Source: Calditrichales bacterium
GTDB taxonomy: Bacteria; Calditrichota; Calditrichia; Calditrichales; J004
Assembly (NCBI GenBank): GCA_965267575.1
Contig: OZ254086.1
Span: 3,936,001 to 4,000,000 of the forward strand
Length of the DNA: 64,000 bases
Direction of reading: 5' to 3'
Shown: positions 18,204 to 27,568 of the stretch, piece by piece
Layout: each line of letters opens with the position of its first letter
Position numbering within the stretch: position 1 is the stretch's first letter
Notes under the pieces: model-generated
Told to the model about the DNA's origin: nothing
The model's database searches: none
What the model saw: only the letters and a program-made list of their open reading frames with translations
Program-made: the position numbers and the translations under genes

Positions 18204-20345
18204 ATGGATCTTTTGACTTCTGCCTCCATTTCCGACATCACACGCAATGTCGTTCCCGAAGAGTTTACCAATCGGGATGAAATAGCCTTCCGTAAAATGC
18301 TCAGTCCGGAGAAAAAATATCGCGCTCTAAGCGGCAAGGAAATCGAGCGCCTGGTTCAAAACAATAACCATGCGGAAAGCTGGCAAAATATTATGATTGC
18401 CGAAGGTTGCGATATTGACCTGATCCGAAACTGCGAATTTATAGGTTTGGTGCGTATTGGCGCGCAGACAAAGAAATATCTTGAGTATCACAAAATGCGG
18501 CTGCCGGTCGGACTTTACGGTTCGCTGATAATCTCCAGCGATATAGGCGATGACGTCGTTATCCGCAATGTCCATTATCTGTCGCGATACGTGATTGCCG
18601 ATAACGTCATCCTGTTTAACATCGACGAGATGTACACGGTGGATAACGCCAAATTTGGCCTGGGCATACTTAAAAAAGGTGAAAAGGAAAATGTCCGTGT
18701 GTGGCTGGAGGTTTCCAATGAAAATGGTGGCCGCAGGGTGCTTCCCTTTCCGGGAATGCTCTCGGCTGATGCCTATATCTGGTCCCGCTACCGTGAAGAT
18801 AACGGATTGCTAAACAGGTTTGTAGAGCTGACGCAAAATATGTCCGATGATAATCGGGGACATTTCGGGTACGTAGGCAATAAATGTGTTATTAAAGATA
18901 CACGCATCATAAAAAACGTGCGTATCGGTGAAAACTGCTATATCAAGGGTGCTAACAAACTTAAGAATCTTACCATCCAGTCCAGTGCCGAAGAGCCCGG
19001 TCAGATCGGGGAGGGTGTGGAGCTGGTAAATGGTATAATGGGGCCGGCTAATAAGATTTTTTACGGTTGTAAATGTGTGCGCTTTATGACAGGACGAAAT
19101 GTGCAGGTTAAGTACGGCGCGCGTGTTTTAAACTCCTACCTGGGCTGCAATTCTACGGTTTCCTGCTGCGAAATTCTCAACAATCTTATATTTCCGTTCC
19201 ACGAACAACACCACAATAATTCTTTCCTGATTGCCTCAACGGTGCTGGGACAATCCAACATAGCCGCCGGCGCTACCATCGGCTCCAACCATAATTCGCG
19301 CGCAGCCGATGGCGAAATCATAGCGGGAAGGGGCTTTTGGCCCGGGCTGGAAAGCAGCTTCAAGCATAACAGCGTCTTTTCCACATTCAGCCTTATTGCC
19401 AAGGGCAGCTATGAAGCGGAAATGAATATCAAGCTGCCTTTTTCGCTGGTTAGCCGCAATGCCGCCACGGGACAAATACAGATCTTTCCGGCGTTCTGGT
19501 TTCGCTATAACATGTACGCCCTGGCGCGTAACTCCTGGAAATTTCATAACCGCGACAGGCGCGTGGTAAAAGACCAGAATATCGAGATGGATTACCTGGC
19601 CCCGGACAGCATTTCGGAGATGTTGCAGGGTATGGAGATTTTAAAAAATGCAATCCACCGGAGCGGTGCCGCATTGCCGGACCTCGATGATCTCAGTTTT
19701 GCTTTTAAAGACCTGCGTGACGTTTCAGTAGATGACATGGTCAATAAGGAAAAGGCCTTACTGATAAAGCCCCTTCAGGGCCTCAAGCTTTACCACATGA
19801 TGATCGACTACTTCTGCGCCCGCCAGGTTGCAGGTGCTCTTTCCGGCATGCACGATTCCCTCGAAAATATCCTTGCCGCTTATAAAGAGCCTGACGCCAA
19901 CTGGGTCAATGCCGGCGGCCAGCTGATCATGGAAAAGGACATGAAGCAGCTTCTGGCGGACATTAAAAACAAAAAGCTTAAAGACTGGAAACAAATACAC
20001 CAGCGTTATGATGACCTATGGCAGAAATACCCTCAGGATAAGCTGAATTTTGCCCTTTACGCCTGGATGAAAAAAGAGGGCCTGGTATTTAAGGAGTTAA
20101 AGTCGGAGGCGATAAAGAAACTGCTGGAAAAATCGCTGCACATAGACGCGCTGCTTTTGGAATGGACCACGGAATCGCGCGCCAAGGATTATAGCAGCGA
20201 GTTTCGTAAAATCACCTATCGTAACGAGGCGGAAATGGAAGCCGTACTCGGCAAACTGTCCGACAACAGCTTCATAAAAACAATGACGGACGACCACGTT
20301 TCATACAAAAAACAGCTGCAGGCTATTCTAAAGAAGATGAATTAG
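18204..20345 (+). CDS. DUF4954-like protein with left-handed beta-helix repeats
   Basis: 713-aa ORF with NENGGR, hexapeptide-like repeats and SNIAAGATIGSNHNSR. Family assignment is by recognition only. Confidence 0.7.
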   Translation: MDLLTSASISDITRNVVPEEFTNRDEIAFRKMLSPEKKYRALSGKEIERLVQNNNHAESWQNIMIAEGCDIDLIRNCEFIGLVRIGAQTKKYLEYHKMRLPVGLYGSLIISSDIGDDVVIRNVHYLSRYVIADNVILFNIDEMYTVDNAKFGLGILKKGEKENVRVWLEVSNENGGRRVLPFPGMLSADAYIWSRYREDNGLLNRFVELTQNMSDDNRGHFGYVGNKCVIKDTRIIKNVRIGENCYIKGANKLKNLTIQSSAEEPGQIGEGVELVNGIMGPANKIFYGCKCVRFMTGRNVQVKYGARVLNSYLGCNSTVSCCEILNNLIFPFHEQHHNNSFLIASTVLGQSNIAAGATIGSNHNSRAADGEIIAGRGFWPGLESSFKHNSVFSTFSLIAKGSYEAEMNIKLPFSLVSRNAATGQIQIFPAFWFRYNMYALARNSWKFHNRDRRVVKDQNIEMDYLAPDSISEMLQGMEILKNAIHRSGAALPDLDDLSFAFKDLRDVSVDDMVNKEKALLIKPLQGLKLYHMMIDYFCARQVAGALSGMHDSLENILAAYKEPDANWVNAGGQLIMEKDMKQLLADIKNKKLKDWKQIHQRYDDLWQKYPQDKLNFALYAWMKKEGLVFKELKSEAIKKLLEKSLHIDALLLEWTTESRAKDYSSEFRKITYRNEAEMEAVLGKLSDNSFIKTMTDDHVSYKKQLQAILKKMN

Positions 20346-20374
20346 AACAGGAACCGAACCATGGAAAGGACCCC

Positions 20375-21181
20375 GTGAAGAAGAGCAAAAAACCTATAAA
20401 AGCATATAAAAACCTGAAATTTCTCAACAGTGGTGAGGCTCGGCCCATACGCATCCAGGCCGAGTATTTTGAACCGTATTACCGTTTCCGCGATTTTAAC
20501 ATAGAATCCACGATCGTACTTTTTGGCTCGGCACGTATCCATCACTTAAAGAATGGCGCGGCAAAAGTGGAAGCCGCCCGCAAAGCCTGCGAAAAAAATC
20601 CAACAAAGGATAATAAGCAAAAGCTGGAAACGGTCGAACGGCTGGTGCGATTGTCCCACTACTACGATGAGGCCGTGGAGTTCTCAAGGCGAATTACAGA
20701 ATGGGCGCTAAAAAACAACGGCAAAGAGCAAAAATACTATATCTGCTCCGGTGGCGGCCCGGGCATAATGGAGGCGGCCAATAAAGGCGCGCGTGATGCC
20801 GGTGGCCGATCGATCGGGCTAAACATCTCCCTGCCCATGGAGCAGTTTCCCAATCCTTACATCACCCCGGAACTAAATTTTGAATTCCACTACTTCTTTA
20901 TGCGCAAATACTGGTTTGTCTATTTTGCCAAAGCGATCGCCATTTTTCCGGGTGGCTTCGGCACATTGGATGAAATGATGGAGGTTCTTACGCTGATACA
21001 GACACGCAAGGTGCTGAAGAAAATGCCGCTTATTGTATTTGGGAAAGATTACTGGGATGACATTATAAATCTCGATGCCATGGCCCGCTGGGGAACCATA
21101 TCGCCGGAAGATTTAAAGCTGTTTAAATTTGTAGAAAATGTGGATGAAGCCTTTAATTATCTGACAAAGCGCCTGAAATAG
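20375..21181 (+). CDS. LOG-family nucleotide phosphoribohydrolase (TIGR00730)
   Basis: FGSAR, SGGGPGIMEAANKGA and PGGFGTLDE motifs. Confidence 0.9.
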   Translation: MKKSKKPIKAYKNLKFLNSGEARPIRIQAEYFEPYYRFRDFNIESTIVLFGSARIHHLKNGAAKVEAARKACEKNPTKDNKQKLETVERLVRLSHYYDEAVEFSRRITEWALKNNGKEQKYYICSGGGPGIMEAANKGARDAGGRSIGLNISLPMEQFPNPYITPELNFEFHYFFMRKYWFVYFAKAIAIFPGGFGTLDEMMEVLTLIQTRKVLKKMPLIVFGKDYWDDIINLDAMARWGTISPEDLKLFKFVENVDEAFNYLTKRLK

Positions 21182-21182
21182 A

Positions 21183-22307
21183 TCAGCCGCGCACCATGTC
21201 TGTGGCCTCTTCATAATACTCAAAAAACTGCAGATCATTCAGGATATCATTGATCGTCTCATCGGCGGACTGCACCGACCAGAACGAAATACCCACGGTT
21301 TCGCGCTCCAGGGCGTGGGCCAGTTCACGCATTAAGACAGCCAGGATAAGCGTATGCTTTTCATTCCATTTATTTATCGCGGAAAGATCGACCTCTGTTT
21401 CGGGCAGCGCTTTAATACCAAAATTTTCAAGCTCGGCAAATATCGGATCGAATTTATGCCAGGCTTTGTTTAGGGCACGCTGAGTGTTTTTGGCTCCCGC
21501 GAACTGCACAAACTCATCTATCTTTTCCAGCAGATAGTGTTGTATGGCGGCGCGGCTTTTATCCTGTTTGCTTTCAAGATCGCTATCCGGACGGCCCGAC
21601 GCTGCGATCGGCTCAAACAATGACGGCTCAACGCGATAACGGCCTTCAGCCCATTGCAGGATTTCGTCCATAGCCTCGTCTTCATCTTTATCGCCATAAT
21701 CAACGCTGATAAGGGCGCCCTTTTTGTAATGGAACGTCGCCTTCTCCTCATCCTTTTCGAAGATCAGCTTTCCTGAAAGCGCATTGTCTTCAACGTACTT
21801 GAGAATTTTAATAACGTGCGTTTCCTGCAGACTGCCGCTGGGATTAAAGCGCTTTTTGTAATACTCTTCCGTGTCGCGGCGAGCCACGTTGGCATCTTTA
21901 AGACGCTGGCTGAGCAGGTGCGTCAGCGTAATGGTAATATTTGGATTGTTTAATATCAGCCGGTCAAAATCGTCCTTGGAAAGGCGCCACAGCTCCACGT
22001 CATTAACTGCCACAACACTGGCTGAACGCGGCTCACCGGTTAGAAGGGACATCTCGCCAAAATGGTCGCCGCTTTCAAGATATGAAAGGACGACGCTTTC
22101 CTTTTTGTCCGTTGTGGCGGACATAACTTTTACGCGACCTTTTTTGATGAGATAGAGGCAATCGCCCTTATCCCCTTCATTGATGATCGTACTATCCGGA
22201 AGGAAGGTTTCAGGAACTAGTTTTTCGGCAATAAGCTCAAGATCCTGTTCTTCGACGAAGGCAAAAAGCGGGATATTCTTTAGCTGCTCTACGGACTTAT
22301 CGTACAT
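21183..22307 (-). CDS. cNMP-binding + DUF4388-like domain protein
   Basis: FGEMSLLTGEPRSASV, then GSLQETHVIKILKYV..SGKL..W.EG (DUF4388/PATAN-like), then an unrecognised helical C-terminus. Confidence 0.75.
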   Translation of the reverse strand: MYDKSVEQLKNIPLFAFVEEQDLELIAEKLVPETFLPDSTIINEGDKGDCLYLIKKGRVKVMSATTDKKESVVLSYLESGDHFGEMSLLTGEPRSASVVAVNDVELWRLSKDDFDRLILNNPNITITLTHLLSQRLKDANVARRDTEEYYKKRFNPSGSLQETHVIKILKYVEDNALSGKLIFEKDEEKATFHYKKGALISVDYGDKDEDEAMDEILQWAEGRYRVEPSLFEPIAASGRPDSDLESKQDKSRAAIQHYLLEKIDEFVQFAGAKNTQRALNKAWHKFDPIFAELENFGIKALPETEVDLSAINKWNEKHTLILAVLMRELAHALERETVGISFWSVQSADETINDILNDLQFFEYYEEATDMVRG

Positions 22308-23404
22308 TAAAGAATGGTATTCTCAACGATTTTGACAATTTCACTGACTTCGTGGGTTTTGGTCAGTTCGGCCCCACCCAGCCTTTTTAATTCGGCTTCA
22401 AATTCTGCTTTTACCGAATCATCGGTTATGAAAATAAAAGGCATTTCCTGTTTTTCACGCACCTGCTTAACAAAACTTACGCCGTTGCCATCGGCAAGCT
22501 TTATGTCGGATATGATCAGATCAACATCATTGGAGGAAACGCTGTCCAACGCGCCAGCGATATTGGGCGCGCTGCTCACCTCGTAGCCGAGGCCCCTGAA
22601 AGCCCTTTCGATCACCTTGCGCACCACAAGCGAATTATTAACGATCAAAATGCTTTTTGTCTCCTCGGTGATGGCTTCTTTCTTTTCCTCGCTGTCCAGC
22701 GTAAGCGGCTTAACGCTTATTTCAAAATGCCCTTCTTTCCAGCCCAGCATTGTATCCAGCGCGCGATCGTCTTTCACGTCACCCAGTTGTACTTTGGTTA
22801 ACTGGCCCCTTTCAAACTCAAAGCGCCCTACCTGGTCGGCATTCTTTACTTTCATAGTGCCGGTGAGGGAATTGGCTTCGCAAAAGCTGATCAGGTCTAC
22901 GATGGAGATATCTTTCAGGCTGCCACTGGGCCCGCCGCCATCGCCTTTTGTTTCCAGCGCTTTGCCTTTTGGCATTTCGGCGGCCTTTTTCAGGGTCTCG
23001 CGCAACCGCTGGCTTACAATCTTGCCCATACTGAGCGAGATGGACGGGTAGCGCTCAAGGATAACATCAAAGTCGTTTTTGTAGAGCACAAACATTTCAC
23101 AGGGTTTTGTGGCGATAACCGTGGCGGAACGGGGTTCTCCGGTCAACAGAGCCATCTCTCCAAAATAATCGCCCGATGTAAGCGTGGCCACAACCTGCTC
23201 CTGGTCATCATCATTGTAAATGCAGATCTTTGTTTCACCGCTGATGATAATGAACATCTCTTCACCGGGATCACCAATACGGCAAATCGCTTCGCCTTCC
23301 TTAAAGGTTTTAAATTTGAGCCGCTCGACGATGAAATCTATGCTTTCTTTTCCCAACATCCGGAAAATGGGTACCTTTTTCAGGATTTTTCCAATCTGAA
23401 TCAT
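22307..23404 (-). CDS. cNMP-binding + DUF4388-like + receiver domain protein
   Basis: FGEMALLTGEPRSATV, GSLKDISIVDLISF..TG.M..WKEG, and a C-terminal REC domain (ILIVNNS..DLIISDIKL). Confidence 0.78.
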   Translation of the reverse strand: MIQIGKILKKVPIFRMLGKESIDFIVERLKFKTFKEGEAICRIGDPGEEMFIIISGETKICIYNDDDQEQVVATLTSGDYFGEMALLTGEPRSATVIATKPCEMFVLYKNDFDVILERYPSISLSMGKIVSQRLRETLKKAAEMPKGKALETKGDGGGPSGSLKDISIVDLISFCEANSLTGTMKVKNADQVGRFEFERGQLTKVQLGDVKDDRALDTMLGWKEGHFEISVKPLTLDSEEKKEAITEETKSILIVNNSLVVRKVIERAFRGLGYEVSSAPNIAGALDSVSSNDVDLIISDIKLADGNGVSFVKQVREKQEMPFIFITDDSVKAEFEAELKRLGGAELTKTHEVSEIVKIVENTIL

Positions 23405-23433
23405 CGTGTGAATTCTCCCTGTCAGCTAAGCGG

Positions 23434-23628
23434 TTACATGTTACCGAGAAAATAAAACAAATATAGGGCGATCAAAAAAAACGCTATGCTCCACCAGATT
23501 GACCGCGGCTTTCTCCGGGGGAGACGGTCAAATTTTATACCGTCTTTTTCGTTCCCTTTTAGTTTGGAATCAGGGCCAAGACGGGACTGTAAATCAAATT
23601 TTCTGTACTTGCGAGAAGATGAAAACAA
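23434..23628 (-). CDS. Small basic protein with a C-terminal TM helix
   Basis: 64-aa ORF filling the gap between two co-oriented genes, with a hydrophobic tail WWSIAFFLIALYLFYF. Start codon uncertain. Confidence 0.5.
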   Translation of the reverse strand: MFSSSRKYRKFDLQSRLGPDSKLKGNEKDGIKFDRLPRRKPRSIWWSIAFFLIALYLFYFLGNM

Positions 23629-23692
23629 AGCTGCCGAAGCACCATTTCTTGATACAATTTCAATATACTATTTCGCCCAAAAACAATCAATC

Positions 23693-25798
23693 CTAAGGAT
23701 TTTCAGGCTCCAATGCGCCCTCTTTATCGTAGGCGGGAAGTAAAATCGAAAACTGTGTTCCCTCATCGGGCCGGCTGGTCACATCAATCTGTCCGCCATG
23801 TTCGCGGATGATTTGGTATACGATCGCAAGGCCCAAGCCGGTACCGCTGGATTTTGTGGTAAAAAAGGGATCGAATATCATTTCCCGCGTTTCTTCATCA
23901 AAGCCAATGCCTGTATCGCGAAGGAGAATTTGCACGTAGCGGCTGGAGAGCAGGCCCGGTCGTCTCTTGCGGCGGTCGAGCGTGGGCTTTTGTGTCTCGG
24001 TATTGCCCGCTTCAATTGTAAGCGTGCCCCCGTCTTCCATGGCCTGAATGGAATTAAGGATCATGTTTATAAAGACTTGCTGTATCTGGTTGGCATCCAC
24101 AAAAACAGGGTTTAGTTCATCTTCATAAAGCTGCCTGACCTCTATATTTTTATCGCGGATCTGTTTACGCAGCAGGGCCAGTACTTCTTCAAAGATATCC
24201 TTCAGCTGGCACGATTTTGGGTCGGGCCGTGTCGGCCGCGCATAGCTAAAAAAGGATCGCAGCAATTCATCCAGGCGGTTAACCTGTCGTAGTATACGGC
24301 GCACGTATTCGAGCAAATGCGTATCGTCCGGCAGTTCCTCTTCCATGTTTTGTGCCATGGCTTTGATTCCAGCCAGGGGATTGCGAATCTCGTGGGCTAT
24401 CCCGCTGCTTAATATGCCAAGCGAAGCCATGCGATCCATGCGGATTATTTCCGACTGAATCCGCTTGGTCTGGGAGATTTCAGAGAATACCATGATAAAA
24501 TAGGGCTGCCCGAAATTCCACTCCATCATGTAGACGGAGTAGCCGATATAGACGTCCACATGGATTTCCGAGCTTAAACGGATTTCCTGGCGCACAAGTG
24601 GAAATTCATTATTTTTGATGCTGATGTTTATTCTTGACAGCGTTTGTCTGTCTAGCACCTCTTCCAGGTTACCCGGGGTCTGTCCGTTTCTATTTAAGAT
24701 GCTCCAGGCCGCGCCATTGCTGTAATGGATCTTTTTGTTTTCGTCAAAAATGATTAGCCCGAAATCAACGGCACTCAAAACTCTTTCCAGCAACAGAGAA
24801 TTTTTTATCGCGGAGTCTACGGGTAGCCGTTGCTGCAATGCGCTGTCAGATTGCAGTTCTTTCAGATCCAGTTCCTCAAGACGAAAGACTACACGTTGCG
24901 CTGCCAGGCTGGTAAAAGCCACATCATTTTCGGCGAAGTCGTTCCGATACAGTTTATTGACCAGGACAATGGCCCCCAGCGGCTGGTGCAAAACGACAAG
25001 CGGAACAAAAAGCAATCCGTGCACTTTGAGATTCAGGCCTTCCTCCAGACGCTGTACAAATGGGTCAACACGTTCTGCCTGCTCCAGCACGACAGGCGTA
25101 TTGAGCGATATGGCCTTCGCTACACGGCTGCCGCGGAACGGTAGTGAGAATTTGTAGGTAATCTCCTTCCCGTCACGGCTTAATATTTGAACAGTAAATA
25201 TCTGTTTCTCGGAGTTGTAAAGGGCGATCAGGCTCTTTTCCACGGCCAGGGCCAACTCCAGCCTGCCCACAAATTCATTTTGCATGTAATTCAACAAGTC
25301 CGCTCTGCTGCCAAACCCGGCCACGCGCTTCATATCAAGCAGCTCGTCAAGGGACGAGATCATTTGCTTTTCACCGTCAACGATGTACTTGTAAAGCCGG
25401 TTGCGGCGCTCCGTCTGCGCCATAGTGATGGCCCTTTCCACATGATGACGTAGCAGGAGATGCGAAACGGGATAACTTACAAAGTGGTTATGGGGATATT
25501 CTGATAACGAAGCAAGGAGTTTTTCCTGTTGCGTGCCTCCGAGGAAGAGAAAAGGCACGAGAGCATTTTTGTGGTTTTCGCGCTGCTCTTTCAAAAGACG
25601 GTAATCAAAATTGTCCTGTCCGGTGGCGTCGATAACCACGGCATCGGGGTTTTCTTCTTCCAGCGCCCTGGAAAAGGCGGTATTAAAGCCCAGGCCCAAA
25701 AAGCGTAATGTCTTGTCGGAGGAGTACGCTGTCGAAAATTGCCGGATGAGGTCGCCGTTATCCGAAACAAAGAGCAGTATTATCTGACGCTCTTTCAT
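23693..25798 (-). CDS. Sensor histidine kinase (REC-like, GAF, PAS, HisKA, HATPase)
   Basis: GIAHEIRNPL H-box, QQVFINMILNS N-box, DTGIG and PFFTTKSSGTGLGL. Confidence 0.88.
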   Translation of the reverse strand: MKERQIILLFVSDNGDLIRQFSTAYSSDKTLRFLGLGFNTAFSRALEEENPDAVVIDATGQDNFDYRLLKEQRENHKNALVPFLFLGGTQQEKLLASLSEYPHNHFVSYPVSHLLLRHHVERAITMAQTERRNRLYKYIVDGEKQMISSLDELLDMKRVAGFGSRADLLNYMQNEFVGRLELALAVEKSLIALYNSEKQIFTVQILSRDGKEITYKFSLPFRGSRVAKAISLNTPVVLEQAERVDPFVQRLEEGLNLKVHGLLFVPLVVLHQPLGAIVLVNKLYRNDFAENDVAFTSLAAQRVVFRLEELDLKELQSDSALQQRLPVDSAIKNSLLLERVLSAVDFGLIIFDENKKIHYSNGAAWSILNRNGQTPGNLEEVLDRQTLSRINISIKNNEFPLVRQEIRLSSEIHVDVYIGYSVYMMEWNFGQPYFIMVFSEISQTKRIQSEIIRMDRMASLGILSSGIAHEIRNPLAGIKAMAQNMEEELPDDTHLLEYVRRILRQVNRLDELLRSFFSYARPTRPDPKSCQLKDIFEEVLALLRKQIRDKNIEVRQLYEDELNPVFVDANQIQQVFINMILNSIQAMEDGGTLTIEAGNTETQKPTLDRRKRRPGLLSSRYVQILLRDTGIGFDEETREMIFDPFFTTKSSGTGLGLAIVYQIIREHGGQIDVTSRPDEGTQFSILLPAYDKEGALEPENP

Positions 25799-25804
25799 CT
25801 ACTT

Positions 25805-26482
25805 TCAGGAAAAGTCCTGGCGAAAGCGCTCATACTCCATAATGATGAGCTTGCTGCCTTCTTTCTTCAGGTATCCGAGCTGGCTAAGGGATTTAATAAC
25901 TCTGGAGATAGTTTCGCGGCTTGTTCCGGCCATATTGGCCAAATCCTGCTGCGGCGGCAAATGCGCGATTTCCACCCGCCCCTGCTTGATGATACCGGAA
26001 TCATCGGCTATGCGCAGCAGCGTGGAAGCAACACGGCCCATGGCGTTTTGCAGACTCAGGCTTTTTATTTGGGAATCGCTGCGGCGCAGGCGGTGAGCAA
26101 GTTCTTTCAGCAGGTTAATGGCAATCTGCGGATAATCATAAAGCATCTGCAGAAAGTTTTCGCGGCGAATGATCATCAGTTCCGTGTCTTCAAGTGTAAC
26201 GGCGTTGGCGCTGCGTGTCTGGCCGTCCAATATGGACATCTCGCCAAAGAAATCGCCATCACATAAAATGGATAAGATAACCTCCCGTCCCTCGTCGCTA
26301 ATGCGAGAAATTTTAACCCGGCCGTCCAGAATAACAAACATGGTAGAGCCAACCTCTTCCTCGATAAGCACCATATTGTCTTTTTTGTAGACCTGGCGTA
26401 CCGTGTGCCGCGCGATGTCGTTGAGATCATCGTCGCTTAGTTCAGAAAAGAGGGGAATTGATTTTAAGATTTCGATTTCCAT
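25805..26482 (-). CDS. Crp/Fnr-family transcriptional regulator
   Basis: FGEMSILDGQTRSA cNMP pocket and HTH QQDLANMAGTSRETISRV. Confidence 0.92.
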   Translation of the reverse strand: MEIEILKSIPLFSELSDDDLNDIARHTVRQVYKKDNMVLIEEEVGSTMFVILDGRVKISRISDEGREVILSILCDGDFFGEMSILDGQTRSANAVTLEDTELMIIRRENFLQMLYDYPQIAINLLKELAHRLRRSDSQIKSLSLQNAMGRVASTLLRIADDSGIIKQGRVEIAHLPPQQDLANMAGTSRETISRVIKSLSQLGYLKKEGSKLIIMEYERFRQDFS

Positions 26483-26493
26483 TAGACACCTCG

Positions 26494-27147
26494 TTATTCC
26501 TTGATAATCCTGTAGTCCAATTGATATTTTTCCTTCAGCTCATTCGCTAACTGCAGCGTCTCGTCAAAATCCTTTTTTCCCGGTACCCAAACACAGTACA
26601 ACATTTTATTCTGGACCGTTCGCGCTTTAATAAGAGATTCGATTTTCTGCGTTTGCAGCATTTTCTGCATCTGCTGTGCGTTATCTTCCAGCCCGAAGGC
26701 GCCAACCTGTATAAAAAAGCCTTCATCCTGGTCATTTGAAGCTACAACGGGTTCCCGTTCGTCTTCAACGGCTGCCGCTATATTTAGCAGATCGCTGTTT
26801 TCCACAAGAAAACGCTGGTAATCCGATGCCGTTGAGTAATATCCGCGGGCATAATAGTATTCCATCAGCCGTTCCGCTGCCAGATATTTCGGACGACCTT
26901 CATGGTTCTTGAAAAGGTCTTCATAAATTACGAATGCCTTTTCAGCGTCTTTTTCAAACAGTGCTTCGTAAAAGCGCTTTTCGAGCGGCGCTACGGCACT
27001 ATTCTTAAGCTCGTCGTGAAGCTGTTCAAAATTGCCGTTGCGGTACAGATTCAACAGCTTGTCCGAAGCGGCTGATTGTCCATACAAAATCGATGCAGAT
27101 ATAAAAATCCCGGCGATAAAGAGCTTATAAATCTGAGGTATCGTCAT
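26494..27147 (-). CDS. SPOR-domain periplasmic protein
   Basis: Signal peptide, helical region and FFIQVGAF..NA SPOR motif. Confidence 0.8.
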   Translation of the reverse strand: MTIPQIYKLFIAGIFISASILYGQSAASDKLLNLYRNGNFEQLHDELKNSAVAPLEKRFYEALFEKDAEKAFVIYEDLFKNHEGRPKYLAAERLMEYYYARGYYSTASDYQRFLVENSDLLNIAAAVEDEREPVVASNDQDEGFFIQVGAFGLEDNAQQMQKMLQTQKIESLIKARTVQNKMLYCVWVPGKKDFDETLQLANELKEKYQLDYRIIKE

Positions 27148-27481
27148 TTTCGGGCTGTTCCAGTTGCTTTTTCTGCTGAGACGGGTCAGTTTCTTTTGCT
27201 GAGCCGCCGCTCCCTGCTTCTTCTAATTGCCGCATCGTCTGTTGTAACTGCTTGCGCGTTACATTATACAAATGCCGCAACTTCAAAATGCGTACAACAA
27301 AAATGAGGGTGGCCAGCAAAAATCCCAGAAAAAGGGATATAAAAGTTACGGTGACCAGACTGACGTCCTGATAGCTTTGAAACAACAGGTTTACATTCAC
27401 CGTCTGGCCGACGTTCAGCGAAAACAAACCGAGGATTAAAAAGCCGATTATAATCCAGAAAACCGTTAAGATTATGCGCAT
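27125..27481 (-). CDS. LapA-family membrane protein
   Basis: Two TM helices with FSLNVGQTVNVNLLF and SLFLGFLL, then a coiled-coil tail. Confidence 0.65.
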   Translation of the reverse strand: MRIILTVFWIIIGFLILGLFSLNVGQTVNVNLLFQSYQDVSLVTVTFISLFLGFLLATLIFVVRILKLRHLYNVTRKQLQQTMRQLEEAGSGGSAKETDPSQQKKQLEQPENDDTSDL

Positions 27482-27568
27482 TTTTCCAGTAGATTATGAC
27501 AATAAATGAACATAAAGATTTTTCAATATCTATACAACAGAAACGATATCGTTTTAAAGCTTTTGCTT

